Assembly (NCBI GenBank): GCA_017394835.1
Contig: JAFPXD010000029.1
Location: 25,281 to 89,280 of the forward strand
From: Clostridia bacterium
Lineage (GTDB): Bacteria; Bacillota; Clostridia; Christensenellales; CAG-138
Direction: 5' to 3'
Length of the DNA stretch: 64,000 nt
Each line of letters opens with the position of its first letter. Position 1 is the stretch's first letter. The position numbers and the translations under genes were made by a program. The notes under the pieces were generated by a model. The model did no database searches and had not been told where the DNA came from. It saw only the letters and a program-made list of their open reading frames with translations. This document shows, in pieces, positions 38,368 to 47,937 of this stretch.

Positions 38368-40383
38368 ATGGAAAACAGCAAGATCTCTGGCGCTATGACC
38401 ATCAAGCTCGACGCTGACCTTCCCGAATACCCCAAGTTCGAGGAAGGAAAGCGCCGCGCTCCCGACAGGGGCTTCCGCTTGACGAAAGCACAGACTCAGC
38501 TCGCGCTCAGAAACGCGCTCCGCTACGTTCCCGAGGAGCTTCATGAAAAGCTCGCTCCCGAATTTTTGGAGGAGCTCAAGACGAGGGGCCGCATTTACGC
38601 CTACCGTTACCGTCCCGAAGGACGCATCTGGGGCAAGCCCATAGACGAATACAAGGGCAACTGCATTGAGGGCAAGGCCTTCCAGGTGATGATCGACAAC
38701 AACCTCGATTTCGAGATCGCGCTCTATCCCTATGAGCTCGTCACCTACGGCGAGACCGGTCAGCCCTGCCAGAACTGGCTGCAGTACCGCTTGATCAAGA
38801 AATATCTTGAGCAGCTCACCGATCACCAGACCCTCGTATTGGAAAGCGGCCATCCCGTCGGTCTCTTCCCCTCCAAGCCCGAAGCGCCCCGCGTGATACT
38901 CACCAACTCCATGATGGTCGGCATGTTCGACAATCTCGAGGATTGGGAAGTCGCCGAGGAGATGGGCGTTGCCAACTACGGTCAGATGACCGCGGGCGGC
39001 TGGATGTACATAGGCCCGCAGGGCATAGTCCACGGCACCTTCAACACCATTTTGGGCGCCGGCCGCAAGTATCTGGGCATTCCCGAAGAGGGCGACCTCA
39101 AGGGCCGCGTGTTCGTATCCTCCGGATTGGGCGGCATGAGCGGCGCTCAGCCCAAGGCGGCGAACATAGCCAACGCCGTCGGCGTATTTGCCGAAGTCGA
39201 TCGCAGCCGCATCGAGACCCGCTTGAACCAGGGCTGGGTCAACGTGATCTCGGACGATCTTGACGAGGTGTTCGCCCTTGCCGAAGAGCACAGGAAGAAC
39301 GGCACCACCATTTCCATCGCCTATCACGGCAATATAGTCGATCTGCTCGAGGCGGCGGTCAAGCGCGATTTCGCGATAGACCTGCTTTCCGATCAGACCT
39401 CCTGCCACAATGTCTATAACGGCGGCTACTGCCCCGTGGGCTACACCTTCGAGCAGAGGACGGAGCTCCTTCATACCGACCGCGAAGCCTTCCGCAAGGC
39501 TGTCAACGCCTCGCTCCGCCGCCATTTCGACGCGATCTGCGCCCTCAAAAAGAAGGGCACTTACTTCTTCGATTACGGCAACTCCTTCATGAAGGCCGTC
39601 TATGACGCCGGCGTTAAGGAGATCTCCAAGAACGGTCACGATGAGAAGGACGGCTTCATTTTCCCCTCCTACGTTGAGGATATAATGGGCCCCATGCTCT
39701 TCGATTACGGCTACGGCCCCTTCCGCTGGGTCTGCCTTTCCGGCAAGGAATCGGATCTTATCGCCACCGACCACGCGGCCATGGACTGCATCGATCCCAA
39801 CCGCCGCTATCAGGACAGGGATAATTACAACTGGATCCGCGACGCCGAAAAGAACAAGCTTGTCGTCGGCACCCAGGCGCGCATACTGTATCAGGACGCC
39901 GAAGGCCGCACGAGGATAGCGCTCCGCTTCAACGAGATGGTGCGCGAAGGCAAGATCGGCCCCGTCATGATCGGCCGCGACCATCACGACGTTTCCGGCA
40001 CCGATTCCCCCTTCCGTGAGACCGCCAACATAAAGGACGGCTCCAACGTAATGGCCGATATGGCGGTGCAGTGCTTCGCCGGCAACGCGGCGCGCGGCAT
40101 GAGCCTCTGCGCCCTCCACAACGGCGGCGGCGTGGGCATCGGCAAGTCCATCAACGGCGGCTTCGGCCTCGTTCTGGATGGCTCCGAGCGCATCGACAAC
40201 ATAATCAAGTCCGCCATGATGTGGGACGTTATGGGCGGCGTAGCCCGCAGGGCATGGGCAAGGAACCCCGCCTCCATCGAGACCAGCATGGAGTACAATA
40301 AGAAGCACGAGGGCGAAGCCCAGATCACCATCCCGTATCTCGTTGACGACAAGCTCATCGAGAAGATGACCGAAGATATGTAA
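38368..40383 (+). CDS. hutU: urocanate hydratase
   Basis: The start is re-picked at MENSKISGAMTIKLD (RBS GAAAGGAAAAAA). GGWMYIGPQGIVHGT and GLGGMSGAQ are present. The length of about 671 aa fits the long clostridial type. Confidence 0.93.
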   Translation: MENSKISGAMTIKLDADLPEYPKFEEGKRRAPDRGFRLTKAQTQLALRNALRYVPEELHEKLAPEFLEELKTRGRIYAYRYRPEGRIWGKPIDEYKGNCIEGKAFQVMIDNNLDFEIALYPYELVTYGETGQPCQNWLQYRLIKKYLEQLTDHQTLVLESGHPVGLFPSKPEAPRVILTNSMMVGMFDNLEDWEVAEEMGVANYGQMTAGGWMYIGPQGIVHGTFNTILGAGRKYLGIPEEGDLKGRVFVSSGLGGMSGAQPKAANIANAVGVFAEVDRSRIETRLNQGWVNVISDDLDEVFALAEEHRKNGTTISIAYHGNIVDLLEAAVKRDFAIDLLSDQTSCHNVYNGGYCPVGYTFEQRTELLHTDREAFRKAVNASLRRHFDAICALKKKGTYFFDYGNSFMKAVYDAGVKEISKNGHDEKDGFIFPSYVEDIMGPMLFDYGYGPFRWVCLSGKESDLIATDHAAMDCIDPNRRYQDRDNYNWIRDAEKNKLVVGTQARILYQDAEGRTRIALRFNEMVREGKIGPVMIGRDHHDVSGTDSPFRETANIKDGSNVMADMAVQCFAGNAARGMSLCALHNGGGVGIGKSINGGFGLVLDGSERIDNIIKSAMMWDVMGGVARRAWARNPASIETSMEYNKKHEGEAQITIPYLVDDKLIEKMTEDM

Positions 40384-40406
40384 AAACGTAAAGGAGAATT
40401 ATAAAA

Positions 40407-41333
40407 ATGGCAAAGATAATCGAATGCGTACCCAATATTTCCGAAGGCCAGAATCACGAGGTCATAGAGGCCTGCGTTGATGAGATCCGCAATACCGCGG
40501 GCGTTACCCTTCTCGATTACTCCTCCGACGCCAGCCATAACCGCAGCGTCATCACCTTCATGGGCAGCCCCGAGGGCGTTATAAACGCCGCCGTCGCTCT
40601 TGCCAAGAAGGCCGAAAAGCTCATCGACCTCACCCACCACAAGGGCGAGCACCCCAGGATGGGCGCCGTTGACGTTTGCCCCCTCATTCCCCTGAAGGAC
40701 TGCACCAAGGAGGAGACCGTCGAATACTCCAAGATACTGGGCGAGCGCATCTGGAAGGAAGCGGGCGTTCCCGTGTTCCTCTATGAGGATTCCGCCTCCG
40801 CGCCTCACCGCGTCAACCTTGCCGATATTCGCAAGGGCCAGTTCGAGGCCATGCCCGAAAAGGTCAAGGATCCCATGTGGACCCCCGACTTCGGCGGCGC
40901 TTACTGCCACCCCACCGCGGGCTGCACCGCGGTCGGCTGCCGTATGCCCCTCGTCGCGTTCAACATCAACCTTTCCACCGATAACGTGGAGATCGCAAAG
41001 TCCATCGCAAAGATAATCCGCCGCAAGAACGGCGGCTTCGACTGCGTAAAATCCAACGGCTTCCTGATCGAGGTCCCCGCGAATGAGGAAAAGGGCATTC
41101 CCGCTCACAAGTACGCGCAGGTCTCCATCAATATGACGGATTTCAACCGCACTCCGCTTTACCGCGTTGTCGAGGTCACAAAGGCCGAGGCCAGGCGCTG
41201 GGGCGTGTGGGTGACCGGCACCGAGATAATCGGCCTCACCCCGATGAAGGCGCTTATCGACTCCGCCGAGTATTATCTCCAGCTCGAAGGCTTCGATTTC
41301 GATAAGCAGATCATTGAGAATTACATGCTCTGA
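40407..41333 (+). CDS. ftcD: glutamate formimidoyltransferase (stand-alone FtcD N-terminal-type domain)
   Basis: 308 aa. IIECVPNISEGQN and HPRMGAVDVCP are hallmarks of formiminotransferases. Confidence 0.9.
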   Translation: MAKIIECVPNISEGQNHEVIEACVDEIRNTAGVTLLDYSSDASHNRSVITFMGSPEGVINAAVALAKKAEKLIDLTHHKGEHPRMGAVDVCPLIPLKDCTKEETVEYSKILGERIWKEAGVPVFLYEDSASAPHRVNLADIRKGQFEAMPEKVKDPMWTPDFGGAYCHPTAGCTAVGCRMPLVAFNINLSTDNVEIAKSIAKIIRRKNGGFDCVKSNGFLIEVPANEEKGIPAHKYAQVSINMTDFNRTPLYRVVEVTKAEARRWGVWVTGTEIIGLTPMKALIDSAEYYLQLEGFDFDKQIIENYML

Positions 41334-42562
41334 TGGCTATGCTGCTGATAAAAAACATAGGTATTCTGGCTACTGCGGAGGGGAATGAGCCCCTCCGCGG
41401 GAGCGCGCAGCACGCGGGCGTGAAGCTTATTCCCGACTGCGCCGTGCTCGTAAACGGGGATACCATCCAAAGGATATGCCCGAATGCCGAAGCGCCCGAG
41501 TGCGAAAACGTGCTGGACGCCGGCGGCAAGCTCGTCACCTCCGGTCTTATAGATGCGCATACCCACCTCATTTTCGGCGGCTGGCGTCAGCATGAGGTGC
41601 CCTTGAAGCTCCGCGGCGCCGGGTATCTTGAGATACTGCAGGCGGGCGGCGGCATATTGAATACGTTGACCGCCACGAGAAAAGCCACCGAGGATGAGCT
41701 TTACGAAAGGGCGGAGGCCGTCCTTTCCGAAATGCTCGATCACGGTATCACCGCTGTCGAGGCGAAATCCGGCTACGGCCTGGACGTCGAAAACGAATTG
41801 AAGCAGCTCCGCGTGATAAGGCGCCTGAAGGAGGAGGGCGGTTACAACGTCATCCCCACGTTCATGGCCGCGCACGCCGTGCCGCCCGAGTATAAGGGCG
41901 ATCCCGACGGCTACATTGAGTTCGTCTGCCGCGAGATACTGCCCCGCGTCGCGGACGACGAGCTTTGCGAATTCGTTGACGTCTTCTGCGAAACGGGCGT
42001 GTTCGACGTGGAGCAGTCCCGAAAGATGCTCACCTACGGGCAGGCGTACGGCTTCAAGGCCAAGATCCACGCCGATGAGATAGACGCGATAGGCGGCTCC
42101 GTTCTGGCGGGCGAGATGGGCGCGACGAGCGCGGAGCATCTCATCGCCGCGGACGATAAGGGCATTGCCTCCATGGCGAAGGGCGGCGTCATCGCGTGCC
42201 TGCTGCCCGGCACTTCTCTCTATCTCAATAAGGATTTCGCTCCCGCAAGGAAGATGATCTCGGCGGGCGTGCCCGTTGCGATCTGCACCGATTTCAATCC
42301 CGGCTCCTGCCCGAGCTGCGATCTCCAGCTCTGCATGAATCTGGGCTACCTCAAGTACCGCATGACTCCCGAAGAGGTGCTTGCCGCCGTCACGATAAAC
42401 GCCGCATGCGCCGTCGGCAGGGGGGAGACCTTAGGCACCGTCGAGCCCGGCAAGCAGGCCGATCTCGTTATCTGGAACGCGCCCGATCTTGACTATCTCG
42501 TTTACAGGATGGGCTCCAATTTAGCTGAAAAAGTTATAAGGAAAGGAAATATCGTAAAATGA
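41333..42562 (+). CDS. hutI: imidazolonepropionase
   Basis: 409 aa with the amidohydrolase motifs DAHTHLIFGG, HADE and TDFNPGS. The ATG overlaps the upstream TGA. Confidence 0.92.
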   Translation: MAMLLIKNIGILATAEGNEPLRGSAQHAGVKLIPDCAVLVNGDTIQRICPNAEAPECENVLDAGGKLVTSGLIDAHTHLIFGGWRQHEVPLKLRGAGYLEILQAGGGILNTLTATRKATEDELYERAEAVLSEMLDHGITAVEAKSGYGLDVENELKQLRVIRRLKEEGGYNVIPTFMAAHAVPPEYKGDPDGYIEFVCREILPRVADDELCEFVDVFCETGVFDVEQSRKMLTYGQAYGFKAKIHADEIDAIGGSVLAGEMGATSAEHLIAADDKGIASMAKGGVIACLLPGTSLYLNKDFAPARKMISAGVPVAICTDFNPGSCPSCDLQLCMNLGYLKYRMTPEEVLAAVTINAACAVGRGETLGTVEPGKQADLVIWNAPDLDYLVYRMGSNLAEKVIRKGNIVK

Positions 42563-43185
42563 AACTCACCGAAATGACCGTCAAGGATTACCTCGAGCTC
42601 GTTGCCTCTGACGCGCCCGCTCCCGGCGGCGGAAGCGCCTCCGCATTGGTCGGCGCTCAGGGCGTAGGCCTCTTCACTATGGTCGCGGGGCTCACCCTCG
42701 GCAGGAAGAAGTACGTCGATTTCGCCGATAACTGCAATGAGATAATCGAGGCGGGCAAGCCCATCGTCGCCGAGCTCACCGCTCAGATCGACCGCGATAC
42801 GGACGCCTACAATATGATCTCCGACGCCTTCAAGCTCCCCAAGGAGACCGATGAGGAAAAGGCCGCCCGCAGGGCCGCCATCCGTGAGGCGACCATAGTC
42901 GCGACGGAAGCACCCCTCTACACCCTCCGCCTCTGCCGCGAGGGTATGGAGCTCGGCAAGAAGCTCATAGGCAAGTTCAACACCAACTGCGCTTCCGATT
43001 TCGGCGTAGGCGCCCTCAACGTGAAGGCGGGCGCGCACGGCGCTTGGATGAACGTGCTCATCAACGTTTCCGGCCTCGATGAGGAGACCGCCGCCGAATA
43101 CAAGGCGAAGGGTCAGGCCATGATCGACGAGATCGACGAGGCGTTCGTTATGATCTATAACGAGACCATGCAGTATATGGCGTAA
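42559..43185 (+). CDS. formimidoyltetrahydrofolate cyclodeaminase (cyclodeaminase/cyclohydrolase family)
   Basis: 208 aa, all-helical, with SDAPAPGGGSASALVGA. The ATG overlaps the hutI stop (ATGA). Confidence 0.85.
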   Translation: MKLTEMTVKDYLELVASDAPAPGGGSASALVGAQGVGLFTMVAGLTLGRKKYVDFADNCNEIIEAGKPIVAELTAQIDRDTDAYNMISDAFKLPKETDEEKAARRAAIREATIVATEAPLYTLRLCREGMELGKKLIGKFNTNCASDFGVGALNVKAGAHGAWMNVLINVSGLDEETAAEYKAKGQAMIDEIDEAFVMIYNETMQYMA

Positions 43186-43216
43186 GCCTGCAGGCTCAAC
43201 AGCATTATAAAACAAA

Positions 43217-43242
43217 GGGGCGGATCCGATCGGATCCGCCCC
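43217..43242. terminator. GC-rich hairpin between the convergent hut operon and the dockerin-protein gene
   Basis: GGGGCGGATCC / GGATCCGCCCC forms an 11-12 bp perfect stem. A T-rich tract (TTTGTT) occurs only on the minus-strand side. Confidence 0.65.
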
Positions 43243-43259
43243 GCTGCATTTATACCGTG

Positions 43260-44969
43260 CTATTGCTTTCTCAAATTCATCGCCATGCGCATGATCGCGA
43301 GCGCATCCGAGCCGGAAACAACGCCGTCGCCGTCGATGTCCCCACGAAGGATCTGGTCTTGGTTCAGCTCCGCAAGCTCCATTGAAGCGCGGAGTGCGAG
43401 CAGCGCGTCCGAAGTATCCACGACGCCGTCCATGTTAACGTCGCCGAGGAGGAAATCGGAGGGTGCGGAGCCCCTTGTGACGCCGATGTAAACGAGCCCG
43501 CCCGCCGCGCCGGAGGGGGGATAATATGTCCCGCCGACGGGCTTTACGCAGATCGCGCCGCCGCCCTTTATCGAGCAGCTCGTACCCGTGAACACGACGG
43601 GGCAGAGCAGATCGTAAAGATTTTGTACTCCGTAGTATTCTTCGGGATCGTAGCCGGGCTGCATCGAGAATGAATAGAGCCCGTCATATTCGTTCGCCGC
43701 GGTGTTGGCCGTCAAAGCTATGCGGTAATTCTTCGCAAGGGTCGAAGGATCGACGCCCGTCGCCGCTTCGCATATGGATTGGAAGCTGTTCGCTGCGGAA
43801 AGCCCTCCTCCGTTCGACATATTGTCCATTATGCGGTGGAAAACGGTGTTCCCGAAGCGGGAATACATATACTGCGCGAATAGCGATACCTGCGCGTAGA
43901 GCACGAGCAGATCGTCGGTCGGCAGATCGTTCGACCAATCGAAGAGGGAATACCCGTTCTCAAGCGAGAATTCGGGGATGTATTCCACCTCCTCGGGCGG
44001 GGTATCCCAATCCTCCTCCTGGGAATAGTAATGGTCGATCCAGGACTGGATGCGCGGATACACGCTCGAGCCGGGGAAGCAGATCTCCTCTGCCGCGGCG
44101 CTCATGCATTCGTTGATCCAGGTATCAGCCGCGCCGCACTGCGAATAGCAGATAAGGTGCTGGTATTCGTGAACTATGGTGCTGTAAGTGCGGGAAATAT
44201 CGGAAATGGTAACGCCTGCGGAATTCGTGTAGGTGACGCCGGGGTAGGTATCGATATTGAGCACGGGCATACCGCCTATCAGCAGGTCGAGCGCGTAGAA
44301 ATAGCCGCCTATATAGCCCTGACCGGGCTCCCAGCCGTCGTCGATGTTGTAATAGAGCAGATTGAGTCTTCCGTCGCCGCTCGTGCCGTTGGAATGGTCG
44401 CCGAAGGAGCTCTGCATGAGGTCGAATTTGGAATCGAACATATCCGCCGCCATCTGCGCGAAAGAGGGGTCTATCTGATCGAGGGGATAGACGTTCGCGT
44501 TCGTCGAGGTCGGGGTCCATACGTAGCAGTGCTCGCCCTTTGCCAGCACCTTGAACTGCATGAACAGCCCGTCCGGCGAATAGTTCATGATCATGAACGA
44601 ATGAGTATCGCCCACATTGTAGGAGGCGCGCACGGGCTCCTCCACGGGAGCCTTATACTTTGGGAGCTCCTGCTTCGCAAGCTCGGCAAAGTAAGGATCG
44701 ACGTCGATCTTATAGGGCTCGTCGGATACGGGACGGGCTGTTTCGCCCTTTGCGCCGATCTCCGTTTCTATAAGCCCCGCCATGTTTCCCGTTGAAAGGG
44801 AGGAGGAAGCCTCCGTTGCGGGATTGTAAATGACCACGTAATCGCCCGTGTAGCCATCGGAGCCGTCGGTATCTATCACGGTTCCCGTCGATACATTGGC
44901 CGAAGCCCCAAAGGGCATGCAGAACAGCAGAAGAAGCAGCGCAAGCGCCGCCGCTGTCGCTTTTTTCAT
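43260..44969 (-). CDS. secreted HExxH (gluzincin-like) protein with a C-terminal type I dockerin
   Basis: The start is re-picked at MKKATAAALALLLLLFCMPFGASA (RBS AAGGAGG 8 nt upstream). HEYQH (44157-44171) is followed 15 residues later by WINECMSA. The C-terminus has two Ca-binding dockerin repeats, DVNMDGVVDTSDAL and DIDGDGVVSGSDAL. Confidence 0.8.
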   Translation of the reverse strand: MKKATAAALALLLLLFCMPFGASANVSTGTVIDTDGSDGYTGDYVVIYNPATEASSSLSTGNMAGLIETEIGAKGETARPVSDEPYKIDVDPYFAELAKQELPKYKAPVEEPVRASYNVGDTHSFMIMNYSPDGLFMQFKVLAKGEHCYVWTPTSTNANVYPLDQIDPSFAQMAADMFDSKFDLMQSSFGDHSNGTSGDGRLNLLYYNIDDGWEPGQGYIGGYFYALDLLIGGMPVLNIDTYPGVTYTNSAGVTISDISRTYSTIVHEYQHLICYSQCGAADTWINECMSAAAEEICFPGSSVYPRIQSWIDHYYSQEEDWDTPPEEVEYIPEFSLENGYSLFDWSNDLPTDDLLVLYAQVSLFAQYMYSRFGNTVFHRIMDNMSNGGGLSAANSFQSICEAATGVDPSTLAKNYRIALTANTAANEYDGLYSFSMQPGYDPEEYYGVQNLYDLLCPVVFTGTSCSIKGGGAICVKPVGGTYYPPSGAAGGLVYIGVTRGSAPSDFLLGDVNMDGVVDTSDALLALRASMELAELNQDQILRGDIDGDGVVSGSDALAIMRMAMNLRKQ

Positions 44970-45049
44970 AATAAGACCCTCCTTCATTGTGATGAATACA
45001 TTTTACCACAGCGAGGGAGGGATTTCCATTCCGAATATAATATATTAAC

Positions 45050-45526
45050 TTATCTGCACAGCTCGAATTTGTAAAATCCGTCCTCTTCGCCGAGAAAACA
45101 AAACCCCAGCTTTTCAATAACGTGACGGCTCCGCGTGTTCTTTACTATGCAGTCCGCGAGCACCTTCTCCATGCCGAGCTCGTCGAAGGCATAGCTTATG
45201 GCCTGCCTCAGCGCCTCCGTGCCGTATCCCAGGCCCTTGAACTCGTCCGAAATGAGGTGGATGCCGATCTCGCACTGCTTTTTTTCGCGGTCGATCCTCT
45301 TCAAAACCACGTCGCCTATAACGCGTCCGTCCAGCATCGCCGCAAGGGAGAGGGAGCCCGCGCGGCTCATGCGCGCGTCGTAATGCCTGTTCACCTCCGC
45401 CTCGTCATAGGGGCGGCTCCTGCATTTTTCATATAGCTCCATATCGTTGAAAACCGCGGGATCGTAACGAAACCCGCGGTAGTATTCATGAAAGAGCTCC
45501 CTTGTCATGGGGGCAAGGCTTATCAT
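45050..45526 (-). CDS. GNAT family N-acetyltransferase
   Basis: 158 aa with the acetyl-CoA binding region EFKGLGYGTEALRQAISYAF. The ATG overlaps the folD stop (ATGA). Confidence 0.85.
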   Translation of the reverse strand: MISLAPMTRELFHEYYRGFRYDPAVFNDMELYEKCRSRPYDEAEVNRHYDARMSRAGSLSLAAMLDGRVIGDVVLKRIDREKKQCEIGIHLISDEFKGLGYGTEALRQAISYAFDELGMEKVLADCIVKNTRSRHVIEKLGFCFLGEEDGFYKFELCR

Positions 45527-46377
45527 TCGAGCGACCTCCTCGCGGCTTCGGCAACGTGGCTCATGAGCACGCTCGTGGTGACTCCGCCCACTCCGCCGGG
45601 AACGGGCGTTACCGCCGAAACGATGGGGGATACCGCGTCAAGATCGACGTCGCCCACTATCTTCTGCTTTTCCTCGCTCCAGTTTATGCCTACGTCGATC
45701 ACTATCTGCCCCTCGCGCACAAATTCGGCTTCGATCATTCCCGCGGAGCCCGCCGCCGCAACTATTATATCCGCATTCCTTGCAATATCGGCCGTGCCGC
45801 GAGTTCTCGTGTGGCAGATCGTGACGGTCGCGTTCTTCTTGATGAGCATCATCGAAACGGGCTTGCCTATAACGAGGCTCCTGCCGATAACGGTCACGTT
45901 CGCGCCGGTGAGGTCTATCCCGTAATGGTCTGTAAGCTCTATCACCGCCTGCGCCGTGCAGGGAGGGAAGCCCAGCTTCTTCTGGGCATAGACGCCCGCC
46001 ATGCTCATGTCGGTTATGCCGTCCATGTCCTTTTCGGGAGCCAGCGCGTTGCAGACCCTCGCCTCGTTTATATGGCGGGGGAGGGGGCGGAACAGGAGCA
46101 CCCCGTGGATGGCGGGATCGGCGTTTATCCCGTCTATGGCGGAGACGAGCTCCTCTTCGGAGACGTCCGCGGGGAATATGCGGCGCACGACCTCGACTCC
46201 CACCGCCGCGGCGCGCTTCATCGCGCCGTTTTCATAGGAAAGATCGTCCGGCCTTTCGCCGACGCGCACAATGCAGAGCGTCGGAACAACGCCCTTTTCC
46301 TTTAATTCGTTTACCGCCGCCGCGGTCCTTTCGTTTATGGCGTCCGCAACGGGCTTGCCCTTCAAAATATCAGCCAT
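45523..46377 (-). CDS. folD: bifunctional methylenetetrahydrofolate dehydrogenase / methenyltetrahydrofolate cyclohydrolase
   Basis: 284 aa with VIGRSLVIGKPVSMML and PVPGGVGGVTT. Confidence 0.93.
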   Translation of the reverse strand: MADILKGKPVADAINERTAAAVNELKEKGVVPTLCIVRVGERPDDLSYENGAMKRAAAVGVEVVRRIFPADVSEEELVSAIDGINADPAIHGVLLFRPLPRHINEARVCNALAPEKDMDGITDMSMAGVYAQKKLGFPPCTAQAVIELTDHYGIDLTGANVTVIGRSLVIGKPVSMMLIKKNATVTICHTRTRGTADIARNADIIVAAAGSAGMIEAEFVREGQIVIDVGINWSEEKQKIVGDVDLDAVSPIVSAVTPVPGGVGGVTTSVLMSHVAEAARRSLE

Positions 46378-47675
46378 TAACCTTTATCCTCCGGATTGGT
46401 GTTTTGAAGCATTATCCTCAATATTTCGCGGTCGGTCTCGCGCATGCCGTCCTTGCCGAGCCTGCCTATGTTCGCTATGGTGTTTTCGACGCCCTTGGAG
46501 ATTATGCCGTCGCCGCCCTGGAATTCCATGCCGCGGACGTACATCTGGTAGCCCAGTATGCCGGCGTCAACTGCGGAGGCGATCTTCGCCGCGCAGGAGG
46601 GCTTCGCTCCGTCGCACACTATGCCCGAAACGATCGCAAGCGCGTTTACGAGGGTATGAGCCACAACGTCGTAACCGCCGCCCAAAAGGTAAGCTATGCC
46701 CGCGCCCGCGCCGCAGCCCGCGTTGACGGCGCCGCAGAAGGCGGAAAGGCGGCCTATCCACGTCTTCTGATGAATGGTGACGAGGTTCGATACGCAGAGC
46801 GAGCGCAAAAGCTTATCCTCGCCCACGTCGTATTCCCTTGCATAGACTATCACGGGCAGCGAAGCCGCCATGCCCTGATTGCCGGAGCCCGAAACGATTA
46901 TGACGGGCATCTCACAGCCGCTCATGCGCGCGTCGGAGCCCGCGGCGGCCATGGCCTTGGCCCTTATCTTCACGTCGTAGCCGTAAACGTCCAGAAGTAC
47001 GCGGCCGACGCTCGCGCCCCAGCGACCCCTTATGCCCTCGTTCGCTATCGCGGTGTTGTATTCTATCTGGCGGGTCAAAACCTCGCGCACGTCGTCAAGC
47101 TCCACCGTATCCGCGAAATCGACTATATCCTTTATGGTGAGCAAGCCTCGGTCGGTAAGACCCTGGGATGAAAGCTCTATCTCCGGCGCGCTGAAAAGCG
47201 TTTCGCCGTTCTTTTCTATGAGCACGACGTTCGTATGATAATCCTTTATGCGGAGACGGGAATATTCCGTGCCGTTATGAAGGGTGACGTCTATATCGAA
47301 TATGACGTCCCCGCGGGAGGGGCGGACTATCATGGGCACGCTCGCCATGAATTCCTTTATCTTGGGCTTGTCCTCCTCCGAAACGGAGGCCAGCACCTCA
47401 AGCACCCTGTCCGCTTCGCCGACGGTTATGCCCGCGGCGGCGGCGGATTCTATGCCCTTCAAACCGCCCGTGTTGGGGACTATGACGGATTTGACGTTCT
47501 TTATTATGTTGCCGCTGACGGTGATCTCCACCCTGTCGGGCATTGCGCCCAGCACGGACCTTGCCTTAGCCGCGGCAAAGGCGATGGCAATGGGCTCCGT
47601 ACAGCCCATTGCGGGAACGAGCTCCTCCTTCAGAATATCGATGTATGCGCGGTAACGCGGATCGGAAGAAAGCAT
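46377..47675 (-). CDS. L-cysteine desulfidase family protein (UPF0597 / serine dehydratase alpha-like)
   Basis: The start is re-picked at MLSSDPRY (RBS GGAGG 8 nt upstream); the track start is a TTG at 47693. It carries the MGCTEPIAIAFAAAKA signature. The stop overlaps the folD ATG (TAATG). Confidence 0.8.
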   Translation of the reverse strand: MLSSDPRYRAYIDILKEELVPAMGCTEPIAIAFAAAKARSVLGAMPDRVEITVSGNIIKNVKSVIVPNTGGLKGIESAAAAGITVGEADRVLEVLASVSEEDKPKIKEFMASVPMIVRPSRGDVIFDIDVTLHNGTEYSRLRIKDYHTNVVLIEKNGETLFSAPEIELSSQGLTDRGLLTIKDIVDFADTVELDDVREVLTRQIEYNTAIANEGIRGRWGASVGRVLLDVYGYDVKIRAKAMAAAGSDARMSGCEMPVIIVSGSGNQGMAASLPVIVYAREYDVGEDKLLRSLCVSNLVTIHQKTWIGRLSAFCGAVNAGCGAGAGIAYLLGGGYDVVAHTLVNALAIVSGIVCDGAKPSCAAKIASAVDAGILGYQMYVRGMEFQGGDGIISKGVENTIANIGRLGKDGMRETDREILRIMLQNTNPEDKG

Positions 47676-47707
47676 GCGGTGATCCTCCCCCAAATAATAA
47701 TCGTATT

Positions 47708-47736
47708 ATTATACCGCAATATCGGCCCGATTTCAA
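47708..47736 (-). promoter_or_regulatory. sigma-A-type promoter of the desulfidase-folD-GNAT operon (TTGAAA-17-TATAAT on the minus strand)
   Basis: The reverse complement reads TTGAAA (47731-47736), a 17-nt spacer, then TATAAT (47708-47713). The -10 element sits inside an AT-only inverted repeat, ATAATAAT-cgt-ATTATTAT (47694-47712). Confidence 0.65.
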
Positions 47737-47848
47737 CACCGAGCTTGAAGGACGCCGCGAAAAGCCCGCAAACATGCGGAAAAAGCCGCGCAGCTCATGT
47801 GGATTTTGTCAAAACTTTTTACTTTCAAAAAATATCCCGTATCTATTG

Positions 47849-47877
47849 TTGACAACAGGCGGTTTTTAGGGTATAAT
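47849..47877 (+). promoter_or_regulatory. consensus sigma-A promoter of the GntR-family gene (TTGACA-17-TATAAT)
   Basis: Both hexamers match the consensus perfectly and the spacer is 17 nt. Confidence 0.75.
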
Positions 47878-47937
47878 ATATAAGGATATGGGCATAAACA
47901 TCGTCGCCCTAAATACTTCAGGAAAGTGAGTATAGAA

